NCBI GenBank assembly: GCA_963798915.1
Contig: CAWCVB010000002.1
Coordinates: 640,001-704,000, forward strand
DNA length: 64,000 nt
From: an uncultured Gemmatimonadales bacterium
GTDB lineage: Bacteria; Gemmatimonadota; Gemmatimonadetes; Gemmatimonadales; GWC2-71-9
Reading direction: 5' to 3'
Position 1 is the stretch's first letter. The number at the start of each line of letters is the position of its first letter. Made by a program: the position numbers and the translations under genes. This document shows positions 55,196 to 64,000 of this stretch, piece by piece. The notes beneath the pieces were generated by a model that saw nothing but the letters and a program-made list of their open reading frames with translations, made no database searches and was not told the DNA's origin.

Positions 55196-56610
55196 GGCCC
55201 CTGGCCTGTCGGCTCACGCCGCCGTGTCACAAGAAAGGCTCGCAAGGTGTCGACCTGGCCTGCCGAGAGCACCTTGCCGAACGCCGGCATGTTGTGGCCG
55301 CCATTCTCGATCCATTGGGCGATCTGGGGCCCGGGCAGGCGATCACCCACATGGGTGAGGTCTGGGCCGCGGATTCCTCCCAGGCCAGCGATGCGATGGC
55401 AGTTCTCGCATCCCCGGCTGTGAAAGAGCACCGCACCGCGCTGCACGGCCACGTCGCTTGATGCGACAACGGAGTCCGGCAAGAGCGGGGCGTCGAAATG
55501 GGGTGACCACGGAGCCCTGACCCCGAGCCGCCAGAAGACGCCGACACCCGCGACGATGACCAGGACGGACACGAGCGCCCACGGCCGTCGCCGGACATGG
55601 CGTTCGCCCCGGTTGAAGAGAATGGGGAGCAGCAGCAGGACGAGGCCGCCCGTGAGCGGCAGGATCCAGATGAGGTACTCCTCGGACCCATGCGGCAGTA
55701 CCGCGAGGATGGCGAAGTACCAGAGCAGGTACCAGTCCGGCCGTGGCTGGGCATCAACCAGCGAAGGATTGGGCGGCTTGCCGAGAGGCTTGGGGCCAAT
55801 GACAATCGCAAGCCCGAGCACGATCAGCACCACCACGAGCGCAAAGACCACGTCGCGCCAGGCCGCGTCCGGCCAGTAGGGGACGCCGCGCTCGTTCAGG
55901 AGCTGCTGGTAGTCCGCCTGGTAGGTGGCAGGGTCCACCGGCCGGCCCGGCTCCGCGGGCTCCGAGATGCCATGCCGGATCACGAGATACAGGTGGAGCC
56001 CGATCAGCAGAATGATGAGCCCCGGTACGACGAAGACATGGTACGCAAAGAGGTGGCTCAGCGTCGCGGCGCCGATTCGCTCTCCCGCGAGGATGAAACG
56101 TGCAAGGGCGTGCCCGAAGAACGGCACCCGTCCCGCCTGTTCGGCGGCCACCACGGTGGACCAGACGCCGTCCTGGTCCCACCGAAGCACCTGACCACTG
56201 AATCCCATCACGATGGTCAGGCCGAGGAGCACGACGCCCGAAATCCAGTTGAGCTCACGCGGGAACTTGAACGATCCCGTCAGGAACACCCGGATCGCGT
56301 GCACGCCGATCAGCAGGATCATGGCGGACGCGCCAAAGTAGTGCAGGCCGCGGAGCACGCGCCCGAGCAGTGCCTGATGGGAGATGTACTGGAGGCTCTG
56401 GTAGGCATCCCCGGCTGCGGGGACATAGATGGTGGCCAGGGCGATGCCGGTCACAACCTGCAGCAGGAACGCCGCCAGCACGGCACTGCCGAAGACGTAT
56501 TTCCAGCGTGCGCCGGGCGGTACCTTGTGCCGAAGCACCGGAAGGATGTTCTCCCGGAACCCGATCCTGCGATCGAGCCAGTCGAGCAGGCGACGCCACG
56601 CGCCGCTCAT
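55192..56610 (-). CDS. qcrB: Cytochrome b of a bc complex with fused C-terminal cytochrome c
   Basis: RGLHYFGAS, VHAIRVFLTG, PRELNW, PDWY Qo motif, CENCH. Confidence 0.92.
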   Translation of the reverse strand: MSGAWRRLLDWLDRRIGFRENILPVLRHKVPPGARWKYVFGSAVLAAFLLQVVTGIALATIYVPAAGDAYQSLQYISHQALLGRVLRGLHYFGASAMILLIGVHAIRVFLTGSFKFPRELNWISGVVLLGLTIVMGFSGQVLRWDQDGVWSTVVAAEQAGRVPFFGHALARFILAGERIGAATLSHLFAYHVFVVPGLIILLIGLHLYLVIRHGISEPAEPGRPVDPATYQADYQQLLNERGVPYWPDAAWRDVVFALVVVLIVLGLAIVIGPKPLGKPPNPSLVDAQPRPDWYLLWYFAILAVLPHGSEEYLIWILPLTGGLVLLLLPILFNRGERHVRRRPWALVSVLVIVAGVGVFWRLGVRAPWSPHFDAPLLPDSVVASSDVAVQRGAVLFHSRGCENCHRIAGLGGIRGPDLTHVGDRLPGPQIAQWIENGGHNMPAFGKVLSAGQVDTLRAFLVTRRREPTGQGP

Positions 56611-57122
56611 TCGATGATGGGAATCGGCCGAGTCCAGACCTCCACCTGGCCATTCCGGACTCGAACGGGATGATGTTTCAGCGGTTCAGGGGGAGGACCG
56701 GCGGCAACCTGGCCATCACGGTAGAAGACGCCACCGTGGCAGGGGCACATGAAGAGGTCGGCATCGGGCAGCCAGCGCACCGGGCAGCCGAGGTGCGTGC
56801 AATCCAGCGAGAAGGCGGTGAAGCTCCCGTCCTGTTCGCGGCGGAGCCAGGCGCCCATTTCGGATGCGACGCCGGACCAACGCTCGGGCGACGGGTCGCG
56901 GAAAGTCACTTCCACCGTGGCGCCGGCGGAAAAGCCGGCCTCCGGACCCACCGGGCGCCACACCCCGCGGCGTGCGCGCACGATCGGCCCCAGGAGCGTC
57001 GCCACTGGCGGCAGTGCCACCACTGCAGCGGCGAGCGCCCCCAGTGCCAGTGAGATCCGGGAAAGAAATGCACGCCGCTCGACCCCATCGTGGGTCTCGC
57101 GGCCTGGGGAATTCATGAGCAT
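56607..57122 (-). CDS. qcrA: Rieske iron-sulfur subunit
   Basis: Tat motif ERRAFL; CTHLGC; CPCHGG. Confidence 0.93.
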   Translation of the reverse strand: MLMNSPGRETHDGVERRAFLSRISLALGALAAAVVALPPVATLLGPIVRARRGVWRPVGPEAGFSAGATVEVTFRDPSPERWSGVASEMGAWLRREQDGSFTAFSLDCTHLGCPVRWLPDADLFMCPCHGGVFYRDGQVAAGPPPEPLKHHPVRVRNGQVEVWTRPIPIIE

Positions 57123-57262
57123 GAACCTTCCCGTGGCCGCAACACGCGGCCCGCGGAGCCGTCAGTGCTCTGCGCACCCGGGAAACCTGCGAGTCATCCC
57201 TGCTGCAACGCCTGCATTTTCAACTTGAGCGTGCCCCTACAGCGATGCAAGGCCGCGCCGAA

Positions 57263-59083
57263 TCACCGCGCGGCTGGCGCCCGGGGTGTCCCGTCACGCG
57301 ACGGCTCCCGGCAGTGCTCGAGATCGAATGCGGTGTTGGTCAGCGCAATATGGGAGAGTGCCTGCGGGAAGTTGCCGCAGAGGCGGCCCTCAGCCGTGTC
57401 ATACTCCTCTGCCAGGAGGCCCACATCATTGGCCAGCCCGAGCACCCGCTCGAAGAGGGCAGTCGCGTCGTCGAGCCGCCCCATGAACGCAAGATCGCTC
57501 GCCATCCAGCAGCTGCAGGCAATGAAGGCGCCCTCGGCACCGGGAAGTCCGTCATCTGACGCCGAGGTGTCGTACCGCAGGATCAGCCCATCGCGCGACA
57601 GGTTGCGCTGGATGGCCTCGACGGTGCGCCGAACCCGTTCGTCGTCGTGCGGCAGGAAGCCGACCAGCGGCATGAGCAGGAGCGACGCGTCGAGCGCATC
57701 GGTGTCGTAGGCCTGAATGAAGGTGCCGCGTCGCCTGCTGTAGCCGCGCTGGCACACCTCGGCATGGATGGCGTCACGAAGCTGACGCCACCGGTCAAGC
57801 GGCGCGTTGGTGCCCAGTTGGGTCGCGATACGGATCGCGCGGTCGAACGCCACCCACGCCATGACCCGGGAGTGCGTGAAGTGCTGCCGCTCGCCGCGGA
57901 TCTCCCAGATGCCCTCGTCGGGCTCCTGCCAGACCTGCTCCAAGTGGCCGACCAGCCCGCAGATCAGCGCAAAGTCCAGTTCGCGCGAAGCGCCCAGTCC
58001 GCCCAGCGCATGGAAAAAGGCATCGGTGACCTCGCCATAGATGTCGAGCTGCAGCTGGCCAGCCGCGGCATTGCCGATGCGCACCGGCTTCGAGCCCGCG
58101 TATCCGGACAGCCAGTCGACCGTCCACTCGGGCACGTTCCGCCCGCCCCGAATATCGTAGAGGACCTGGACCTGATCGGGGCTGCCGGCCACGGCGCGGA
58201 GGAGCCAGCGCATCCAGTCACGCGCCTCCGCATGGCGGCCGCCATTGACCAGCGCGAGCAGCGTGAAGGTCGCATCGCGCAGCCAGCAGTAGCGGTAGTC
58301 CCAGTTGCGCGGACCGCCGAGCTGCTCCGGCAGAGACGTCGTGGGCGCCGCAACGATGCCGCCGGTAGGGAGGAATGTCAGCGCCTTGAGGGTGATGAGC
58401 GAGCGCTCCACCGCGGGACGATAGCGCCCCTGGTAGCTGCAGTTCTCGACCCACCGGGTCCAGAAGTCACGCGTCTCGGCGAGCGCCGCATCCGGATCAA
58501 TGGGGCGGGGCGTTTCCAGGTGAGAGGCGCCATAGGTCAGGACGAACGGTACGCACTCATCGGGGCCCACGGTGAATTCCGCATGGGTCCGCAGGTCCTC
58601 ACTGGTGAGCGGAACCGGGGTTCGCAGGACCACCAGGTCCGGGCCACCCACCGCTGTCCACCCTGACTCCTCGTGACGAACCCAGGGCACCAGGCTTCCG
58701 TAACTGAACCGCACGACCAGCTCCATGCGCATTGGCACCCGGCCGCGGATCCCGCGCACCAGGCGCACTACATCGGAGTTCTCGCCGCGGAGCGGCATGA
58801 AGTCCAGCAGCTGGACCGTGCCGTCGGGCGTCTCGAAGGTCGTTTCGAGTATGAGCGAGTGAGCTTCGTACCGGCGGTGGGTGGCGGTGATTTCGCCGGC
58901 GGGGCCCAGGCGCCAGAACCCGTTGTCGTCATCGCCGAGCAGGCGGCCAAAACAGGAGGTGGAACTGAAGTCGGGCCAGCAGAGCCAGTCGATGCTGCCG
59001 TCGCGCCGGACCAGCGCGGCGGTCTGGCAGTCACCGATCAGGGCATAATCTTCAAGTGGTGCGCTCACGTCGCCTCGCGTCAT
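57263..59083 (-). CDS. Glycoside hydrolase family 15 (trehalase/glucoamylase-like)
   Basis: LEDYALIGDCQTAALV, RNWDYRYCWLRD, PDEGIWE, LLAEEYD, GNFPQALSH. Confidence 0.94.
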   Translation of the reverse strand: MTRGDVSAPLEDYALIGDCQTAALVRRDGSIDWLCWPDFSSTSCFGRLLGDDDNGFWRLGPAGEITATHRRYEAHSLILETTFETPDGTVQLLDFMPLRGENSDVVRLVRGIRGRVPMRMELVVRFSYGSLVPWVRHEESGWTAVGGPDLVVLRTPVPLTSEDLRTHAEFTVGPDECVPFVLTYGASHLETPRPIDPDAALAETRDFWTRWVENCSYQGRYRPAVERSLITLKALTFLPTGGIVAAPTTSLPEQLGGPRNWDYRYCWLRDATFTLLALVNGGRHAEARDWMRWLLRAVAGSPDQVQVLYDIRGGRNVPEWTVDWLSGYAGSKPVRIGNAAAGQLQLDIYGEVTDAFFHALGGLGASRELDFALICGLVGHLEQVWQEPDEGIWEIRGERQHFTHSRVMAWVAFDRAIRIATQLGTNAPLDRWRQLRDAIHAEVCQRGYSRRRGTFIQAYDTDALDASLLLMPLVGFLPHDDERVRRTVEAIQRNLSRDGLILRYDTSASDDGLPGAEGAFIACSCWMASDLAFMGRLDDATALFERVLGLANDVGLLAEEYDTAEGRLCGNFPQALSHIALTNTAFDLEHCREPSRDGTPRAPAAR

Positions 59084-59342
59084 GCGTGAATGGTCGTGCC
59101 ATCACGAGGGAAGTCCCAGATCGAAACGGATGGCGGCGCCCGGCAGGCGGCGGCATGTGGCGGAGGACACGGTCACACCATGCGACATGCCTTATGTTGC
59201 AAAAGTATGCCGTTGCGGCGGTCCATGCATGCAGCCTGCAGTCACTGTATTTCCGCCCGAACGGCCATCTGACGACTGATTTCCGGTCAGGCCGCCTGGC
59301 ATGACTGCAGCCGCGGCCGCCGGACGTGAAGGGATATTCCGC

Positions 59343-59726
59343 ATGGCAACCCCACCCGGTCGCACTCGGTGGGCCATCGCCGAGGGCTACATCCCCGGCT
59401 GGAGCACCGGTCCGGAGCCGCAGTTCACCAGCCACGAGACCGCCTGCATCCTCAACGCCGGGCCGACGCCGGCCCACGTCACGATCACGGTGTACTTCAG
59501 CGATCGCGACCCTGCAGGCCCCTATCGCCTGACCGTGCCGGCGGCGCGCACCCGGCACATTCGCTTCAACGATCTTACCGATCCCGAGCCGATTCCGCGG
59601 GACACCGACTACGCCAGCGTCCTCGAGTCGGACGTCCCGGTGGTGGTCCAGCACACCCGCCTTGATTCGCGACAGGCCGAGAACGCACTGCTCTCGACGG
59701 TTGCCTATGCCGACAGCCCGTCCTGA
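59343..59726 (+). CDS. Anabaena sensory rhodopsin transducer (ASRT) family protein
   Basis: WAIAEGYIP, SHETACILN, RTRHIRFNDL, VQHTRLDSRQ. Confidence 0.88.
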   Translation: MATPPGRTRWAIAEGYIPGWSTGPEPQFTSHETACILNAGPTPAHVTITVYFSDRDPAGPYRLTVPAARTRHIRFNDLTDPEPIPRDTDYASVLESDVPVVVQHTRLDSRQAENALLSTVAYADSPS

Positions 59727-59801
59727 CTCGCCAGTCAGGCCGGGCCTTGAACTCCTGCCGTGTGCCGCCGGGGTGGTACGCCGCGGGGAAAGGTCACAGC
59801 A

Positions 59802-61631
59802 ATGACATCCACGATCGCCAGACTGCTCCACAGCGACACGACCAGCGATTTCCTCATCAAGCGGCTCCATGAATGGGGCGTGCGCCGGATCTATGGCTAC
59901 CCCGGCGACGGAATCAACGGGGTCATGGAAGCGCTCAATCGTCACCAGGACGAGATCCGGTTCATCCAGGCCCGCCATGAGGAGCTGGCCGCATTCATGG
60001 CCTGCGCGCACGCCAAGTTCACCGGCGAGGTGGGCGTGTGCGTCGCCACCTCGGGTCCGGGAGCCATACACCTGCTGAATGGCCTGTACGACGCGAAGAT
60101 GGACCACCAGCCGGTGGTGGCGATCGTGGGGCAGCAGGCCACCATCGGGCTGGGTGCCGACTTTCAGCAGGAAGTGGACCTGATCAGTCTCTTCAAGGAC
60201 GTGGCGCACGAGTACGTCCACATGGCCTCGGACCCGGCGCAGATCCGCCACCTGGTGGACCGCGCCATGCGAATCGCGAAGGCGGAACGCACCGTCACCT
60301 GCATCATCCTGCCCAACGACGTGCAGGAGATGGAGGCGGTGACGAGCCCGCCGCGTACGCACGGGGCGACCTTCTCGGGCGTGGGCTACACCCGGCCCCG
60401 CGTGGTGCCCTATGAGGATGATCTGCGGCGCGCAGCAGAGGTGCTCAACAGTGGTGAGAAGGTGGCCATGCTGGTGGGCGCTGGCGCCTTCGGTGCCGAG
60501 GCCGAGGTGATCGAGGCGGCCGAGCGCCTGGGAGCCGGCGTGGCCAAGGCGCTGCTCGGCAAGGCGGTGCTCCCGGATGACCTGCCCTTTGTCACCGGTG
60601 CCATTGGCCTGCTCGGCACGAAGCCGAGCTGGGACCTCATGATGGACTGCGACACCCTGTTCATGATCGGCACCGCCTTTCCCTATTCGGAGTTCCTGCC
60701 CCCGGAAGGGCAGGCGCGGGCGGTGCAGATCGACATCTCCCCCCGCATGCTCGGGCTGCGCTACCCCACCGAGGTGAATCTCTGCGGCGACAGCCGCGAG
60801 ACCCTCCGCGCCCTGCTCCCGATGCTCAGGCGGAAGGAAGACCGCACGTGGCGCGAGGGCATCGAAGCGGGCCTCAAGGATTGGTGGGAGGTGCTCGAGG
60901 CGCGTGCCATGAACAGCGCCGACCCGATCAATCCACAGCGGGTCTTCTGGGAGCTGTCCCCTCGGCTGCCGGACCGGTGCATTCTGACCTCGGATTCGGG
61001 CTCGTCCGCCAACTGGTTCGCGCGTGACATCAAGATTCGCGAGGGGATGATGGCCTCGCTCTCCGGCAACCTCGCGACCATGTGCCCGGGCGTGCCCTAT
61101 GCCCTCGCCGCAAAATTTGCGTATCCCGACCGGGTCGTGGTGGCGCTGGTGGGCGATGGCGCCATGCAGATGCTGGGCAACAACGGCCTCGTCACCATGG
61201 CCGAGCACTGGAAGGAATGGGAGGACCCCCGGCTCATCGTGCTGGTGCTCAACAACCAGGACCTGAACCAGGTCACCTGGGAGCAGCGCGTACTGTCGGG
61301 CGACCCGAAGTTCGAGGGCTCCCAGCACCTGCCCGATTTCCCCTTCGCCGCGTACGCCGACCTGCTGGGCCTGAGCAGCGTGCGTATGAACACGCCTGAC
61401 GACATCGGACCGGGCTGGGACGCTGCCCTGCGGGCCGACCGGCCAGTGGTGGTCGAGGCCCGGACCGATCCGGAAGTGCCACCGCTCCCCCCGCACATCA
61501 CCCTGAAGCAGGCGCGCGGCTTCAGTGAGGCCGTGGCCAAGGGCGATCCCGACTCCGGCCACATGATCAAGCAGGCGATGAAGGATGCGGTGGAGCAGTT
61601 CCTCCCGCACAAGCGGGGGCAGAAGGTGTGA
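59802..61631 (+). CDS. Thiamine-pyrophosphate enzyme, pyruvate oxidase/PoxB-like
   Basis: YGYPGDGING, RHEE, TSGPGAIHLLNGLYDA, GDGAMQM...NN. Confidence 0.93.
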   Translation: MTSTIARLLHSDTTSDFLIKRLHEWGVRRIYGYPGDGINGVMEALNRHQDEIRFIQARHEELAAFMACAHAKFTGEVGVCVATSGPGAIHLLNGLYDAKMDHQPVVAIVGQQATIGLGADFQQEVDLISLFKDVAHEYVHMASDPAQIRHLVDRAMRIAKAERTVTCIILPNDVQEMEAVTSPPRTHGATFSGVGYTRPRVVPYEDDLRRAAEVLNSGEKVAMLVGAGAFGAEAEVIEAAERLGAGVAKALLGKAVLPDDLPFVTGAIGLLGTKPSWDLMMDCDTLFMIGTAFPYSEFLPPEGQARAVQIDISPRMLGLRYPTEVNLCGDSRETLRALLPMLRRKEDRTWREGIEAGLKDWWEVLEARAMNSADPINPQRVFWELSPRLPDRCILTSDSGSSANWFARDIKIREGMMASLSGNLATMCPGVPYALAAKFAYPDRVVVALVGDGAMQMLGNNGLVTMAEHWKEWEDPRLIVLVLNNQDLNQVTWEQRVLSGDPKFEGSQHLPDFPFAAYADLLGLSSVRMNTPDDIGPGWDAALRADRPVVVEARTDPEVPPLPPHITLKQARGFSEAVAKGDPDSGHMIKQAMKDAVEQFLPHKRGQKV

Positions 61632-62738
61632 GTCCCGCTCCCTCGGCAGGTGACCCGCTCGTCCAGCGCGTCACCGTGAGCTGCTTCACCGTGCCAACGG
61701 ACGCACCGGAATCCGATGGTACCCTGACGTGGGAGTCCACCACGATCGTTGTCGTCGAAGTGACCGGGGGTGACACCGCCGGGCTCGGCTACACCTACGC
61801 GCACCCCGCGGCAGGACTCCTGATCCAGTCGACGCTGGCAGAGGTCGTGACGGGCCGGAGCGCGCTGGCGGTCCCCGCCGCCTGGCAAGCCATGGTGCAC
61901 GAGGTGCGCAACCTCGGTCGACCGGGGCTCTGCTCCATGGCCATCGCGGCGGTGGACAGCGCCCTCTGGGATCTCAAGGCCCGGTTGCTCGGCCTCCCGC
62001 TGGTCACGCTGCTGGGACAGATGCGCCAGGCCGTTCCCCTCTATGGCAGCGGGGGATTTACCTCCTACGATGAACAACGACTCCGCGACCAGCTCGGCAG
62101 CTGGGCGTCTGACGGATTCTCGATGGTCAAGATGAAGGTCGGGCGCGACCCGGCGGCCGATCCGGCGCGGGTGCGATCTGCGCGTGAAGCCATCGGGCCG
62201 TCGACAGCGCTGTTCGTTGACGCCAACGGTGCCTACCGGCGAAAGCAGGCTCTCGAGCTGGCGATGCACTTTGCCGAGAGCTGGGGTGAGCTGGTTCGAG
62301 GAGCCGGTGTCCTCCGATGACCTGGCCGGCCTCCACCTGCTGCGCGATGCCGGACCTTCCGGCATGGCCATCGCGGCAGGCGAATACGGGTGGGGATTGC
62401 CGTATTTCCGGCAGATGCTCGACGCCGGTGCCGTCGACATCCTGCAGGCCGATGCGACGCGCTGCGCGGGCATCACCGGGTTCATGCGGGTGGGTGCGCT
62501 CTGTGAGGCCTGCGGCATCCCGCTCTCGGCCCATACCGCACCGGCGCTGCATCTGCACCCGTGCTGCGCCCTGCCATCCATCATTCACCAGGAATTCTTT
62601 CATGATCACGTGCGCCTGGAGCGGATGCTGTTCGACGGCATCACCGAGCCTCGCGCCGGAACTCTCGCCCCCGACCTGTCCCGCCCCGGCATGGGGCTCG
62701 AGCTGCGACGCGCCGACGCCCGGCGCTTCGCGGCGTGA
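61628..62738 (+). pseudogene. Mandelate racemase/enolase-superfamily enzyme with frameshift near 62279 (probably an indel error)
   Basis: KMK and VDANG in one frame; WFEEP, AGEY, QAD and SAH in another. Confidence 0.85.
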
Positions 62739-62761
62739 CAGCGGGGAGGAAGGCTGTTCGC

Positions 62762-64000
62762 ATGGCCACTGCCAGCCGTCCTGATCTCTCTGCCCGGTCC
62801 CGTGCCACGCCCACCGCCGGGAATCTCAGGTCGCACGACGTGGATGCACGCCACCTCGCTTCGGCACTCCGGGAGGTCGTGAAGGGCGAGGTGCGCTTTG
62901 ATGACGGGAGTCGGGCGCTCTATGCGACGGATGGGTCGAATTACCGACAGGTGCCGATCGGCGTCGTGCTTCCCCGCGACAAGGAGGACGTGGTTGCCAC
63001 GGTCGGTCTCTGCCGGCGCTACGGTGCGCCGGTCCTCTCCCGAGGAGGCGGGACCAGCCTGGCAGGCCAGTGCTGCAACGTCGCGGTCGTGATGGACATG
63101 TCGAAGTACCTGAGCGGCGTGCTGGAAATTGACGCCGACCGTCGCCTTGCCCGGGTGCTGCCGGGCACGGTCCTCGACGACCTGCGCAAGGCCACGGCGC
63201 CATACGGCCTCACGTTCGGCCCCGACCCCGCCACGCACACCCACTGCACCCTGGGCGGGATGATCGGCAACGACTCCTGCGGCATCCACTCCGTCATGGC
63301 CGCGCGTGATGGCGACGGGGCGCGCGTCGCTGACAACATCGCTGAACTGGAGATTCTGACCTGGGACGGCGCGCGGTTCCGGGTGGGCCGGACGAGCGAT
63401 GACGAGCTGCGACCGCATCGTGGGAGGAGGGAGGACGTCGTGGTGCCATCTACGCGGGCCTTCGCGACCTCCGGGACCGCTACGCCGATCGCATCCGGGC
63501 TCGGTTTCCCGACATTCCGCGTCGAGTCTCGGGCTACAATCTCCCGCAGTTGTTGCCGGAGCATGGATTCGACGTGGCCCGGGCCCTGGTTGGTTCGGAG
63601 GGCACCTGCGTCACGGTGCTGGAGGCGACGGTCAACCTGATTCCCGCGCCAGCGGCCCGCTCACTCCTGGTGCTGGGCTACCCTGACGTCTTCGCGGCGG
63701 CGGACCACGTCCCCGCCATCATGGAGCACGGCCCGGTGGGTCTCGAAGGGCTGGACGACCGGCTCATCAGCTACATGCAGAAGAAGGGCCTGCACCCGAA
63801 GGACGTGAAGCTGCTTCCCGATGGCAGCGGCTGGCTGCTGGTCGAGTTTGACGGGGCGAGCAAGGCCGAGTCCGATGACAAGGCTCGTCAGGTAATGGCG
63901 GCGCTCAAGGAAAAGGGCGACGCGCCGAGCATGAAGCTGTTCGACGACCCGGCGGAGGAGGCGCAGGTCTGGGAGGTGCGTGAGTCGGGGCTTGGTGCGA
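62762..64000 (+). pseudogene. FAD-linked (GlcD/YdiJ-like) oxidoreductase, 3'-truncated by window edge, frameshifted near 63410-63432
   Basis: YATDGSNY, SRGGGTSLAGQ, GPDPAT, CTLGGMIGN; continues as PRRVSGYNL...VGSEGT in another frame. Confidence 0.85.

Noticed and set aside
57246..57260. Sigma54 promoter upstream of the Rieske gene
   Set aside because: GG-GC spacing is 9 nt rather than the required 10
59052..61610. 852-aa minus-strand ORF
   Set aside because: Antisense shadow of the TPP enzyme and ASRT genes; no motifs; expected in high-GC DNA
62270..63440. Programmed frameshifting in the enolase-family and FAD oxidoreductase genes
   Set aside because: No slippery heptamer or stimulator; clustered single-base indels fit assembly error
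1..64000. rRNA, tRNA, transposase, integrase, prophage or defence genes
   Set aside because: None recognisable; the window is almost fully tiled by housekeeping and metabolic CDS

Overview
GC-rich bacterial chromosomal window. The gene repertoire (Ser/Thr kinase-TPR, 6-bladed propeller lipoprotein, heptamer intergenic repeats) suggests Gemmatimonadota; this is inference, not a database result. I found about 63 CDS and no rRNA, tRNA, CRISPR array or transposase. Main blocks: a radical-SAM/Zn-ribbon unit behind a candidate SOS promoter; greA-groES-like operon; copC-copD-ddpX and a canonical A1-type caa3 oxidase operon; plant/Chlamydia-type fabI; ybbAP/tesA-like locus; an ECF sigma/anti-sigma/DUF4097 locus with two matching promoters; two OmpA-like barrels; an exported dead+active M42 peptidase pair; an ARG-box-preceded arginine operon; a Rieske/cyt b plus atypical heme-copper oxidase operon; and a GH15/ASRT/TPP-enzyme/enolase/FAD-oxidoreductase cluster. 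Best candidate for an undescribed system: the arg operon has no argA or argJ. Instead it carries a translationally coupled DUF1611-like/BioD-class P-loop protein between argG and argC, and its ArgF' has the N-succinyl-type specificity residue. This suggests a new N-acylglutamate synthase feeding an N-succinylated arginine pathway. Second candidate: an oxidase subunit I lacking both canonical proton-channel residues. Three frameshifts look like assembly indels.
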